The notes under the pieces: generated by a model
What the model saw: only the letters and a program-made list of their open reading frames with translations
What the model was told of the DNA's origin: nothing
Databases searched by the model: none
Translations under genes and position numbers: made by a program
DNA from: an uncultured Pelagibacteraceae bacterium
GTDB lineage: Bacteria; Pseudomonadota; Alphaproteobacteria; Pelagibacterales; Pelagibacteraceae
Assembly: GCA_902590395.1 (NCBI GenBank)
Contig: CACIWQ010000003.1
Location: forward strand, 21,173-85,172
Length of the DNA: 64,000 nucleotides
Direction: 5' to 3'
Part shown: positions 49,807-59,479 of the stretch, in pieces
Layout: every line of letters starts with the position of its first letter
Numbering within the stretch: the first letter of the stretch is position 1

Positions 49807-49856
49807 CTCATTTTTACCTTTTTGACCAAGAAGCTTTTAGGCTGTAATATATTTTT

Positions 49857-51353
49857 ATGACCAAATTAAGTATGCCAAAAATTGATAGAAAGCTTTTGTC
49901 TATAAAAGAAACTGTAGTAAAAAATCTAAAAAAAATTGTAAAAAGTGAAAATGTTTTAGATCATGAGGATCAGACTCGACCATTTGAAACCGATGCATTA
50001 ACAGCATATAAACAAAAACCATTAGTAGCAGTTTTTCCAGAAAATACTGAACAGGTTAGTAAGATTCTTTCATATTGTAATGGAGAAAGAATTAAGGTTG
50101 TCCCTAGAGGAGCTGGCACTGGATTATCAGGTGGAGCATTACCTTTAGCTGATAGTATACTTTTATGTTTAGGAAAATTTAACAAAATTCTAGAAATTGA
50201 TTACAAAAATCGATGTGTTACTGCCCAGCCAGGAGTTACGAATTTATCAATAACACAAGCTGTAGAAGAAAAAGGTTTTTATTATGCTCCTGATCCATCA
50301 AGTCAAATCGCATGCTCAATTGGAGGAAACGTTGCAGAAAATTCAGGAGGTGTACATTCCTTAAAATATGGAACAACAACAAACAATCTTCTTGGTGTCG
50401 AAGTTGTTTTTATGGATGGAACTATTACAAAATTAGGTGGGAAGACTTATGACTCAGAGGGATACGATCTGCTCGGATTAATTACAGGTTCGGAAGGATT
50501 ATTATGTGTTATAACTGAGGTTACAGTTAAGATACTTAAAAAACCTCAATCAGTTAAAGCTGCATTAATAGGTTTCCCAACAATCGAAGATGGTGGTAAT
50601 TGCGTATCTGATATTATTGCTAGTGGGATTATTCCTGCAGGAATGGAAATGATGGACAAGGCTCTTATTCATGCCACAGATAATTTTGTAAAAGCTGGAT
50701 ATCCAAGAGACGCTGAAGCAATGTTAATTGTAGAGTTAGACGGGACTGATACTGAAGTTACAGAACTTATAGAAAGAGTAAATGAAATTGCAAAAAAAAA
50801 TAACTCTTCAAGTATCAAAATTAGCAAAAACGATAAGCAAAGACTAAAATTTTGGGCTGGGCGCAAAGCAGCATTTCCTGCGTGCGGAGATATGGCGCCA
50901 GACTATTATTGTATGGATGGAACAATTCCGAGAGGAAAATTGGCTCAAGTATTGAAGGAAATAGGAAGATTGTCAAAAAAATACAATTTACCAGTAGCAA
51001 ATGCTTTTCATGCGGGAGATGGAAATCTTCATCCTTTAATTATGTATGATGCAAATGATAAGAAGGCATTGGAAAAAACTGAAAAATTTGGAGCTGACAT
51101 TTTAAAATATTGCGTAAAAGTAGGTGGTGTGCTTACGGGAGAACATGGCGTTGGAGTAGAAAAAAGAGAACTAATGTGCGAAATGTTTAATAACAATGAT
51201 GTACAACAACAAATAAAAATAAAAAAAGCCTTAGATATTAGCTCACTATTAAATCCTGGGAAAGTATATCCAATTTTAAGAAAATGCGCAGAGGAAGGGA
51301 GAGTGCATGTCCATAGAGGAAAAACAAAATTTTCAGACATACCAAGATTCTGA
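49857..51353 (+). CDS. glcD: glycolate oxidase subunit GlcD (FAD-linked oxidase)
   Basis: VVPRGAGTGLSGGA FAD-binding motif, GEHGVGVEKR, C-terminal LNPGKVYP...CAEEGRVHVHRG tail like E. coli GlcD. Confidence 0.92.
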   Translation: MTKLSMPKIDRKLLSIKETVVKNLKKIVKSENVLDHEDQTRPFETDALTAYKQKPLVAVFPENTEQVSKILSYCNGERIKVVPRGAGTGLSGGALPLADSILLCLGKFNKILEIDYKNRCVTAQPGVTNLSITQAVEEKGFYYAPDPSSQIACSIGGNVAENSGGVHSLKYGTTTNNLLGVEVVFMDGTITKLGGKTYDSEGYDLLGLITGSEGLLCVITEVTVKILKKPQSVKAALIGFPTIEDGGNCVSDIIASGIIPAGMEMMDKALIHATDNFVKAGYPRDAEAMLIVELDGTDTEVTELIERVNEIAKKNNSSSIKISKNDKQRLKFWAGRKAAFPACGDMAPDYYCMDGTIPRGKLAQVLKEIGRLSKKYNLPVANAFHAGDGNLHPLIMYDANDKKALEKTEKFGADILKYCVKVGGVLTGEHGVGVEKRELMCEMFNNNDVQQQIKIKKALDISSLLNPGKVYPILRKCAEEGRVHVHRGKTKFSDIPRF

Positions 51354-52590
51354 TATTGCTGAATATCCAAAAAATGAAAAAGAATTATCTTCGTTAATCA
51401 AACATTTTTACAAATCTGGTATTCCAATAGAACTTGTGGGTTCGGGTTCAAAAAAAAAAATAGGAAAACCTCTTCAGTGTGGAAAAACAATTAATTTATC
51501 TAAAATTAGTGGAATTGTGGAATATTTACCGGAAGAACTTTATATAAAAGTTAAAGCTTCAACACCATTAAAAGAAATAAAAGAAGAACTAAAAAAAAAT
51601 AAACAACAACTAGCTTTTGAGCCAATTGATTTTGGATATTTATTTTCGGGCAAAAGTAATCTTGGCACTGCAGGTGGTCTGGTTTCATGCAATATCCCAG
51701 GACCACGCAGATTTAAGGTGGGAAGTGTTAGAGATCATATTTTAGGTTTTAGAGGAGTTAATGGCAAAGGAGAGATTATAAAATCAGGAGGCGTAGTTGT
51801 AAAAAATGTGACTGGATACGATTTGAGCAAACTTGTTTGTGGTTCTTACGGTACGTTGGTTGCTTTAACAGAAATAAACCTTAAAGTTTTACCAGCACCA
51901 GAAGAAAGTAAGACATTGGTTGTGCACAATTTAAAATTGGAAAATGCAGCCTATTTATTAAATCAATCTATTAGTTCTTCTAACGATATTTCGGGTGCTA
52001 TTTTTTTACCCACAGAACCAGAATGCTCAAACTGTGTAATGAATATTGAGAAAACTTTTAAATTAAATGATTTAAAATATAAAGGTTCATTTACGGCAAT
52101 TAGAGTCGAGGGTTCAAAGAATTCAATTAATGAGAGATTACAAAATTTAATAAAGGAGCTTAAAATTATTGATTTTGATATATCTATTCTTGAAACATAT
52201 CAATCAGAAATTTTTTGGAACAAGGTAAAAAATTTAGAATTTTTTTCTTCTACTAAAAACAATATTTTTAGAATAGTTGTTCCTCCTTCAGAATGTGTAA
52301 AATTGGTTTATCAAATATCTGATAATAAATTTAAATACTATTTAGATTGGGGCGGGGCATTAATGTGGGTAGAAGCTTATGAGTTAACAGAGGAAAAATT
52401 TGAATCAATTAGAAAAAAGGTAGTTAAACTAGGCGGTTATGTTTCTATGATTAAAAATTCTGATTATTTACCTTTTGTAGAAGAAGTATTTACTATTAAC
52501 AGAGCTAGATTTGATATATCCCAAAACATTAAAAAGAGTTTTGACCCAAAAAAAATACTTAATCCTGGAAAAATGTATACTGGAATTTAG
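51307..52590 (+). CDS. glcE: glycolate oxidase subunit GlcE
   Basis: GSGSKKKIG, PGPRRFKVGSVRDHILGFRGVNGKGE, VKNVTGYDLSKLVCGSYGTL. The ATG at 51307 overlaps glcD by 47 nt, so the true start is uncertain. Confidence 0.88.
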   Translation: MSIEEKQNFQTYQDSDIAEYPKNEKELSSLIKHFYKSGIPIELVGSGSKKKIGKPLQCGKTINLSKISGIVEYLPEELYIKVKASTPLKEIKEELKKNKQQLAFEPIDFGYLFSGKSNLGTAGGLVSCNIPGPRRFKVGSVRDHILGFRGVNGKGEIIKSGGVVVKNVTGYDLSKLVCGSYGTLVALTEINLKVLPAPEESKTLVVHNLKLENAAYLLNQSISSSNDISGAIFLPTEPECSNCVMNIEKTFKLNDLKYKGSFTAIRVEGSKNSINERLQNLIKELKIIDFDISILETYQSEIFWNKVKNLEFFSSTKNNIFRIVVPPSECVKLVYQISDNKFKYYLDWGGALMWVEAYELTEEKFESIRKKVVKLGGYVSMIKNSDYLPFVEEVFTINRARFDISQNIKKSFDPKKILNPGKMYTGI

Positions 52591-53898
52591 ATGGAAACTA
52601 ATTTTTCAAAAGAGCAATTAAAAAATCACGACAATAAATCTAGCGAAAAAATTTTTAGAAAATGTGTCCACTGTGGTTTTTGTAACGCAACATGTCCGAC
52701 GTATCAACTCATAGGTGATGAATTAGATGGTCCAAGAGGAAGAATATATTTAATCAAAGATATGTTAGAGAATAATAAGCCAGCTAATGAAAAGATTGTA
52801 AAACATATAGACCGTTGCCTTTCCTGTTACAGCTGCATGACTACTTGCCCTTCGGGTGTTAATTATATGCATCTTATTGACCATGGAAGAAAACATATAG
52901 AAAAAACTTATAAGAGACCTTTCATGGATAATCTCATGAGAAATTTTTTATCGAAAATATTATCTAAGTCGTTAAATTTTAGAATAATTGCAATTTTAAC
53001 TCAAATAATAAAACCATTTTGGTTTTTCTTTCCTTCAAAAATTCAAAAAATGATTAAATTGATGCCAAGTAGTTTTCCAAAAAAAACAATGCCTATAATG
53101 GAAACATATAAAGCATCAAACAAAAAAAAACCTGTGGCTAGAGTAGCTTTATTAACTGGATGTGTACAAAAAATTATTTCGCCACAAATCAACGAAGCTA
53201 CTATAAGATTATTAAATAGACATGGCATTGAAGTAATAGTTCCTAAAAAAATTGAATGTTGCGGCTCACTAAGTCACCATTTAGGTAAAGAAAATGATGC
53301 TAACAAAACTTTTAGAAATAATATTTTAATTTGGTATGAAGAATATATAAAAAATGGATTAGATGCCATTATATCGAATACTTCTGGATGTGGCACGACT
53401 TTAAAAGATTATGGATTTATATTTAGATCCGACCAAGATCTTAAAAAAAAAGCAAAGAAAATATCTGAATTAACACAAGATATAACAGAATATTTGGAAG
53501 ACAATGTTAAACTTAATTTTATTGAAAAAAATAAGAATGAAAAAATATATAAAATTGCATATCATTCAGCATGTTCAATGCAACATGGTCAAAAAATACA
53601 TAAAGAACCAATTAATTTAATAAAAAAAACAGGTAATCAAGTCGTCGATATTCCTGATGGTCATATTTGTTGTGGTTCAGCAGGAACCTATAATTTATTA
53701 CAGAAAGATATTGCAGATAAATTATTAAAAAATAAAATTATGAATATTAAAAAAGTTGAACCGCAATTTATTTCAACAGGAAATATAGGTTGCATTACAC
53801 AAATTGCTAATGGAACCAAAATTCCAATTTTACATACAGTTGAGATAATTGACTGGTATACAGGCGGACCAAAACCTAAAGCGCTAGAAAAATTATGA
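52591..53898 (+). CDS. glcF: glycolate oxidase iron-sulfur subunit GlcF
   Basis: Two 4Fe-4S motifs (CVHCGFCNATCP, CLSCYSCMTTCP) and two CCG domains (IECCGS, HICCGSAG). Confidence 0.93.
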   Translation: METNFSKEQLKNHDNKSSEKIFRKCVHCGFCNATCPTYQLIGDELDGPRGRIYLIKDMLENNKPANEKIVKHIDRCLSCYSCMTTCPSGVNYMHLIDHGRKHIEKTYKRPFMDNLMRNFLSKILSKSLNFRIIAILTQIIKPFWFFFPSKIQKMIKLMPSSFPKKTMPIMETYKASNKKKPVARVALLTGCVQKIISPQINEATIRLLNRHGIEVIVPKKIECCGSLSHHLGKENDANKTFRNNILIWYEEYIKNGLDAIISNTSGCGTTLKDYGFIFRSDQDLKKKAKKISELTQDITEYLEDNVKLNFIEKNKNEKIYKIAYHSACSMQHGQKIHKEPINLIKKTGNQVVDIPDGHICCGSAGTYNLLQKDIADKLLKNKIMNIKKVEPQFISTGNIGCITQIANGTKIPILHTVEIIDWYTGGPKPKALEKL

Positions 53899-54848
53899 AG
53901 AAAATTTTAATTACAAGAAAACTTATTTATTCAAGTGAAAAATATGCTTCAAAAATTTTTTTTGCTAAAATAAACACAAAAGATAAATTGCTCACTAACA
54001 GTGAAATAATTCAAATGAGCAATGACTGTGATGGAATTTTATCTTCAATTACAGATCAACTAAACGAAGAAACTATTTCAAAGTTTTCTAGTAAAATTAA
54101 AATTATATCAAATTTTGCTGTTGGGTTCGGCAATATTGATATTAATGCAGCGAATAAAAAAAATATTATCGTTACTAATACTCCAGATGTATTAACTGAT
54201 GCAACAGCAGAAATTGCGATTTTAATTCTTTTAGGTGCAGCTCGAAGAGCAAAAGAAGGAATACAATGGGCTAATAAAAAAAATTGGAAGTGGTCTGCAG
54301 ATTTTTTGATGGGTAAGCAATTAACTGATGCGAGATTAGGAATACTAGGAATGGGTAGAATTGGTCGTGCAGTTGCAAATAGAGCTAGATCTTTTGGTAT
54401 GAAAATTCATTATCATAATAGGTCTAGATTAAACAAAGACTTAGAAAAAGATGCTATTTATCACGATTCATTAAAAAGTCTGCTGTCTATTTCTGATTTT
54501 TTTTCAATTAATTGTCCATCTACTAAAGAAACAAAAAATATTATCAATAGCGAAACTTTAAAATATTTTCCTGACGGAGCAGTAATCTCTAATAGTGCAA
54601 GAGGTGATATGATCGATGATGAAGCAATGGTTCAGGCTCTTAAAAGTGGAAAAATTTTTTCTTTAGGTATAGATGTTTATAATGGGGAACCTAATATTCA
54701 TCCTGAATATTTAAATTTGCCTAATGTTTTTGTATTACCTCATCTTGGAAGTTCTACTATAAGAACAAGAACAGCTATGGCAGATTTAGCTGTGAAAAAT
54801 ATAGAAGAGTTTTTTAAGACTGGAAAATGTAGTAATAAGGTTAATTAG
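53895..54848 (+). CDS. D-isomer-specific 2-hydroxyacid dehydrogenase (glyoxylate/hydroxypyruvate reductase-like)
   Basis: GILGMGRIGRAVANRA NAD fold, NSARGDMIDDEA, LPHLGSST catalytic His. Confidence 0.88.
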   Translation: MKKILITRKLIYSSEKYASKIFFAKINTKDKLLTNSEIIQMSNDCDGILSSITDQLNEETISKFSSKIKIISNFAVGFGNIDINAANKKNIIVTNTPDVLTDATAEIAILILLGAARRAKEGIQWANKKNWKWSADFLMGKQLTDARLGILGMGRIGRAVANRARSFGMKIHYHNRSRLNKDLEKDAIYHDSLKSLLSISDFFSINCPSTKETKNIINSETLKYFPDGAVISNSARGDMIDDEAMVQALKSGKIFSLGIDVYNGEPNIHPEYLNLPNVFVLPHLGSSTIRTRTAMADLAVKNIEEFFKTGKCSNKVN

Positions 54849-54943
54849 ATTCAATTAAAAATTGTATTTTTTTAAAAAATTAGAAAGACTCTAAAATCTT
54901 ATTGTGGTTAAATTAAAACAAGTTAATTAACTCAAAGACAATT

Positions 54944-54951
54944 AAGGGGGA
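54944..54951 (+). promoter_or_regulatory. strong Shine-Dalgarno (AAGGGGGA) for the TRAP binding-protein gene
   Basis: AAGGGGGA lies 6 nt before the ATG at 54958. It is nearly identical to the SD in front of the SSS gene (GGGGGA, 32359-32364, minus strand). Confidence 0.6.
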
Positions 54952-54957
54952 ATACTT

Positions 54958-56115
54958 ATGTCAAAAAAAGATAAAACGTTGAAAGGAATTAAAACTCCTT
55001 CTAGACGTAAATTCTTTAAGGCAGCAGCAGCAACCGGTGCAGCAGCAGCAGCAACAATTGCAATGCCTAACGTTGCGTTTGGTGCTCCTAAAACCTTAAA
55101 GATGCAAGCGGCTTGGCCATCTGGAGCTAATATTTTCTTCGAAATGGCGGGCGACTATGCAAAAATGGTTAGCGACATGTCAGGCGGAGAACTGAAGATT
55201 GATCTTCAGCCGGTAGGCGCGGTCGTTAAAACATCTGAAATAGGTCAGGCAGTTAGTACTGGAGTTCTTGATATGGGACACTGGGTAACTGCTTATTGGT
55301 ATGGCAAAAATCCAGCTGCCTCATTATTTGGTACTGGTCCATCATATGGAATGTCGTCTCAAGAAGTTATGGGATGGATCGAGTATGGCGGAGGAAGAAA
55401 ACTATACGAAGAAACACTTGCAAAAGTTGGCTTCGATTATGTTGGTTACTTTCATATGCCTATGCCAGCTCAACCGTTTGGTTGGTTCAAAAAGAACGTA
55501 ACTAAAGTATCAGATGTTAAAGGTATGAAATATAGAACAGTTGGTTTAGCGACTAACGTTCTAACAGCGATGGGTATGGTTGTTAGACAATTACCCGGTG
55601 GTGAAATTCAGCCAGCAATGAAAACTGGACTGATTGATGCTGCTGAGTTTAATAACCCAACTTCAGATTCTCAATTTGGTATGCAGGACGTATCTAAACA
55701 TTATCATTTAGGTAGCTTCCACCAATCTCAAGAGATGTTTGAAATTTGCATTAACAAAAAAACTTTAGGTGGTTTGGATCCAAAACACCAAGCTATTTTG
55801 AAAAATGCCGCTGGTGCTGCTAACACAGACAACTATTTTAAAGCTTTAGTAAGATATTCAGCTGACTTATCAAAACTTATGAATGAACATAAAGTAAATG
55901 TTTATCAAACGTCAGATGAAATTCTTGCTCAGCAATTAAAAGGTTGGGATAAAGTGATCGCAGACTTTTCTGGTAAAGATCCTTTCTTTAAGAAAATTAT
56001 AAACTCACAGAAAACATACGCTAAAAGAGTAATGAAATACTTGCTGATGAATCAGCCTAATTACAAATTAGCTTATGAGCATGAGTTTGGCGGAATAGGA
56101 AAAGTTAAAATTTAA
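54958..56115 (+). CDS. TRAP transporter substrate-binding protein (DctP family) with twin-arginine signal
   Basis: Tat motif SRRKFFKAAAATGAAAAATIAMPNVAFGAP, then a DctP-like fold (KMQAAWPSG..., GMKYRTVG). GC visibly above the local background. Confidence 0.88.
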   Translation: MSKKDKTLKGIKTPSRRKFFKAAAATGAAAAATIAMPNVAFGAPKTLKMQAAWPSGANIFFEMAGDYAKMVSDMSGGELKIDLQPVGAVVKTSEIGQAVSTGVLDMGHWVTAYWYGKNPAASLFGTGPSYGMSSQEVMGWIEYGGGRKLYEETLAKVGFDYVGYFHMPMPAQPFGWFKKNVTKVSDVKGMKYRTVGLATNVLTAMGMVVRQLPGGEIQPAMKTGLIDAAEFNNPTSDSQFGMQDVSKHYHLGSFHQSQEMFEICINKKTLGGLDPKHQAILKNAAGAANTDNYFKALVRYSADLSKLMNEHKVNVYQTSDEILAQQLKGWDKVIADFSGKDPFFKKIINSQKTYAKRVMKYLLMNQPNYKLAYEHEFGGIGKVKI

Positions 56116-56132
56116 TAGCTTTTGAAAAAATT

Positions 56133-56163
56133 AAAGGGGGCTTTTTGTAGCCCCCTTTTTTTT
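56133..56163 (+). terminator. rho-independent terminator/attenuator between the TRAP SBP and membrane-subunit genes
   Basis: AAAGGGGGCT-ttttgt-AGCCCCCTTT hairpin (7 GC-rich bp extendable by A:T pairs) followed by an 8-T run. Confidence 0.85.
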
Positions 56164-56199
56164 ATAGCAATTAAAAAAGAAATAGAATACTTTTTTTGT

Positions 56200-56784
56200 A
56201 TGAGGGGATATATTCATTTTGCAGATCAACTAAGCACATCACTAGGAAAAGCATTTTCTTGGTGCATAGTAATATTAATGGGTGGAACCTGTTATGAAGT
56301 GATAATGGCTTACGCCTTCAACGCACCTACCCTTTGGAATTTTGATTTTAGTTTACAAATGTACGCTGGAATTTTTATGATGGCAGGTGCATACACCCTT
56401 TCTACAGAGGCACATGTAAGAGGAGATGTTCTTTACAGACTTTTTAAACCACGAACCCAAGCTTGGTTAGATTTAGTTTTATATATAATTTTCTTTTTTC
56501 CAGGAGTATTAGCGTTGGTTTTTTATGGTTATGAATATGCGGCTATGGCTTGGAAAATAAAGGAAACTAGCTGGAATAGTCCAGCACAAATAAATATTTA
56601 TATGGCAAAAACATTTATTCCTCTTTCAGGCTTGTCTTTAACAATACAGGGAATAAGTGAGATGTTCAGATGTATTATTTGCATTCAAACTGGACATTGG
56701 CCAGCCAGAATGGTTAGCGCCGAAGAAACAGAAAAAATTTTAATGAGAAAGTCTCAACAAGAGGACGTAACAGATGTTATTTAG
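56200..56784 (+). CDS. TRAP transporter small permease (DctQ)
   Basis: 4 TM. I start at ATG 56200 (MRGYIHFADQLS...) because the track start (TTG 56122) would translate the terminator hairpin. Confidence 0.8.
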   Translation: MRGYIHFADQLSTSLGKAFSWCIVILMGGTCYEVIMAYAFNAPTLWNFDFSLQMYAGIFMMAGAYTLSTEAHVRGDVLYRLFKPRTQAWLDLVLYIIFFFPGVLALVFYGYEYAAMAWKIKETSWNSPAQINIYMAKTFIPLSGLSLTIQGISEMFRCIICIQTGHWPARMVSAEETEKILMRKSQQEDVTDVI

Positions 56785-58135
56785 TTTAACAAATCCTGAA
56801 ATTGCAATTTTGATGATGGTCGTTTTTCTAGGCTGCGTTTTGTTAGGATTTCCAATTGCATTTACTTTGTTAGCTATGGGTGTGGGATTTGGGTATTTTG
56901 CTTATTACGATCCTACACAGATGGAACATCTGTTTGATAATAGAATTTTCACTTTACTTGTTTCAAATACCTATACAATTATGGATAACAACGTATTAAC
57001 AGCTGTGCCTCTCTTTTTATTTATGGGATATTTAGTGGAAAGAGCAGGAATCGTTTCAAGGTTATTTTTTGCAATTAGATTAGCATCACACAGATTACCA
57101 GCTTCTATGGCAGTGGCTGCATTAGTAACTTGCGCATTATTTTCTACAGCAACAGGAATAATAGGTGCCGTGGTAACTTTAATGGGACTACTTGCGTGGC
57201 CTGCTATGATTAAAGCAGGATATGATAAAAAATTTGCTTCAGGTGTCATATGTTCAGGGGGTTGTTTAGGAATACTAATTCCTCCAAGTATTATGTTAAT
57301 TGTTTATGCCGTGATAGCTCAATTGTCTCCACTAAGATTATTTGCTGCCGCAATTTTTCCAGGGTTAATGTTGGCCGGACTTTATATTGTTTATGTAGTT
57401 ATTAGGGCATATTTTAATCCTTCTATAGCACCCAAACCTAAGGAGGAGGATATACCACCTAGATCAAAAATTATAAGGGAAGTCGTAGTTTCATTTTTGC
57501 CACTATTCTCTTTAATTCTTTTGGTTCTTGGAACTATTTTAGCTGGATTAGCAACTCCAGCTGAAGCGGCCGCAGTCGGTGCTGCTGGAGCGGTTTTGCT
57601 TTCATATGCTTACAAAACTTTAAAATGGAAAAATTTTAAAGCTTCAGTATTTTTAACAGCTAAAACTACCGCCATGATTATGTGGCTTTTTGTAGGATCT
57701 TGGACCTTTGCTTCGGTATTTTCTTATTTAGGTGGTCATGAAGTATTTGAACATTTCTTTAAATCGATGGATCTTCAGCCTTGGCAATTTTTAGTTATTA
57801 CTCAAATAATTATTTTTTTATTAGGTTGGCCTCTTGAGTGGACAGAAATTTTAATTATTTTCGTTCCAATATTTTTACCATTAGTAGAATTTTTTGGGGT
57901 AAATCCATATTTTTTTGCAATGCTTATAGCTTTAAATTTACAAACATCATTTTTAACACCGCCCATGGCCATGTCGGCATATTATCTTAAAGGCGTGCAG
58001 TCAAAAAATGTAGAATTATTAGATATCTTTAAGGGAATAATGCCATTTTTAGCAATAGTTATTCTTGCTATGGTTTTAATGTATACTTTTCCAGGAATAG
58101 CATTGTGGTTACCGGAAACTCTTTTCGCAAATTAA
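56774..58135 (+). CDS. TRAP transporter large permease (DctM)
   Basis: 453 aa, about 12 TM, typical DctM blocks (LFLFMGYLVERAGI, GILIPPSIMLIVY). Overlaps dctQ by 11 nt. Confidence 0.9.
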   Translation: MLFSLTNPEIAILMMVVFLGCVLLGFPIAFTLLAMGVGFGYFAYYDPTQMEHLFDNRIFTLLVSNTYTIMDNNVLTAVPLFLFMGYLVERAGIVSRLFFAIRLASHRLPASMAVAALVTCALFSTATGIIGAVVTLMGLLAWPAMIKAGYDKKFASGVICSGGCLGILIPPSIMLIVYAVIAQLSPLRLFAAAIFPGLMLAGLYIVYVVIRAYFNPSIAPKPKEEDIPPRSKIIREVVVSFLPLFSLILLVLGTILAGLATPAEAAAVGAAGAVLLSYAYKTLKWKNFKASVFLTAKTTAMIMWLFVGSWTFASVFSYLGGHEVFEHFFKSMDLQPWQFLVITQIIIFLLGWPLEWTEILIIFVPIFLPLVEFFGVNPYFFAMLIALNLQTSFLTPPMAMSAYYLKGVQSKNVELLDIFKGIMPFLAIVILAMVLMYTFPGIALWLPETLFAN

Positions 58136-58144
58136 AATAGTAAA

Positions 58145-59479
58145 ATGATAAACATTTTTTCAATTTCTGCTAATGAATTAGTTAGCAAATTAAAAAAAGG
58201 TGACATTTCCTGCGTGGATTTATGTAAAGCTTATATTAAAAGGATTGATGAGTTTGAAAAGAATGTTAAGGCGTGGGCTTTTTTTGATAAAAAACTTTTA
58301 TTAGAAAAAGCAGAAGAAAAAGATGAATACAGAAAGTCAGGAAAGCCTTTAGGTCCATTGCACGGCTTACCAATAGGAATAAAGGATATCATAGGAACAT
58401 ATGATATGCCTACAGAATGTGGAAGCATCTTAAGAAAGGGGATTTCGGAAAGTTCTGATGCAGAGGTAGTTAATTTATTGAAAATTGCTGGGGCAATAAT
58501 AATGGGAAAAACTGTTACCACAGAATTTGCCTATTTTGATCCAGGAAAAACAACAAATCCCCATGATAAAACAAGAACACCTGGAGGTTCTTCCAGTGGT
58601 TCAGCGGCAGTTGTAGCAGCTCATATGGCGCCTTTATCTTTAGGAACACAGACTAAAGGTTCGGTAATACGTCCTGCCTCGTACTGCGGAGTAGTGGGAT
58701 ATAAACCATCTTTTGGATTAATATCCAGAAGTGGAATTTTAAAACAATCTTCCAAACTTGATCAAGTGGGAGTTTTTGCAAAAAACGTTGAGGATGCTGC
58801 TCTATTAGCAAAATCTCTAATAAAAAAGGATTTATATGACAAAGACACAGTTCATTTTTCAGCTGATGATATGCTGGAGCAATGCAAAAAGAAACCTTAT
58901 TTTGATCCCAAATTTATATTTTATAAAACTTCAAATTGGAAAAACATAGATGGAGAATCACAAAAAGCTTTTGAATTTTTAGTAAAAAACTTCAAAAAAA
59001 ATATTGAAGTTTTTGATGAACCTTCTTACTTTAAAAATATACATAAGTATCAACAAATTATTCATGAAGCTGATATGGCTAATAGTTTTCAAAAATATTA
59101 TAAACAATCTAAAAATAAATTAGGAAAAAAACTAGTTGAAGCAATTGAAAGAGGCATGAAATATTCAGCGGGGCAATATAATGAAGCAAAAGATTTCATG
59201 GAACAGAGCTATCGATCTTATAGCGAAGTTTTTGAAGATTATTATGGAATCATTACGCCAGCTTCTACGGGAGTTGCAGACAAAGGTTTAGAGTCTACAG
59301 GCAGCCCAGAATTCTGTACAATTTGGACTTACATGGGTTTGCCATCAATTTCATTACCTTTACTTACAGGAGAAGATAATTTACCATTAGGAGTTCAGTT
59401 TGTAGGAAACAAACTTGATGATTTAAGATTTTTAAGTACAGCTAATTGGTTAGAAAAAAATTGTAGAGATGATAAATAA
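58145..59479 (+). CDS. amidase-signature (AS) family amidase
   Basis: GLPIGIKDIIGT (catalytic Lys) and GGSSSGSAAVVAAHMAPLSLGTQTKGSVIRPASYCGVVGYKPSFG (Ser-cisSer). Starts 9 nt after dctM. Confidence 0.9.
   Translation: MINIFSISANELVSKLKKGDISCVDLCKAYIKRIDEFEKNVKAWAFFDKKLLLEKAEEKDEYRKSGKPLGPLHGLPIGIKDIIGTYDMPTECGSILRKGISESSDAEVVNLLKIAGAIIMGKTVTTEFAYFDPGKTTNPHDKTRTPGGSSSGSAAVVAAHMAPLSLGTQTKGSVIRPASYCGVVGYKPSFGLISRSGILKQSSKLDQVGVFAKNVEDAALLAKSLIKKDLYDKDTVHFSADDMLEQCKKKPYFDPKFIFYKTSNWKNIDGESQKAFEFLVKNFKKNIEVFDEPSYFKNIHKYQQIIHEADMANSFQKYYKQSKNKLGKKLVEAIERGMKYSAGQYNEAKDFMEQSYRSYSEVFEDYYGIITPASTGVADKGLESTGSPEFCTIWTYMGLPSISLPLLTGEDNLPLGVQFVGNKLDDLRFLSTANWLEKNCRDDK

Noticed and set aside
55296-55505. 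Two overlapping + strand ORFs (69 and 66 aa) inside the TRAP SBP gene
   Set aside because: Alternative frames of a GC-elevated, well-supported CDS.
56122-56199. N-terminal extension of dctQ in the ORF track (TTG start, MKKLKGAFCSPLFFIAIKK...)
   Set aside because: These codons are the terminator hairpin and T-run. The homologous DctQ sequence starts at the ATG at 56200.
54958-58135. Horizontal transfer as the explanation for the GC-rich TRAP (and SSS) genes
   Set aside because: There are no mobility genes, flanking repeats or tRNA association. The same SD and terminator style and the G/A/V/W-rich membrane or secreted protein composition fit expression and compositional effects better. It remains an alternative in the SSS finding.
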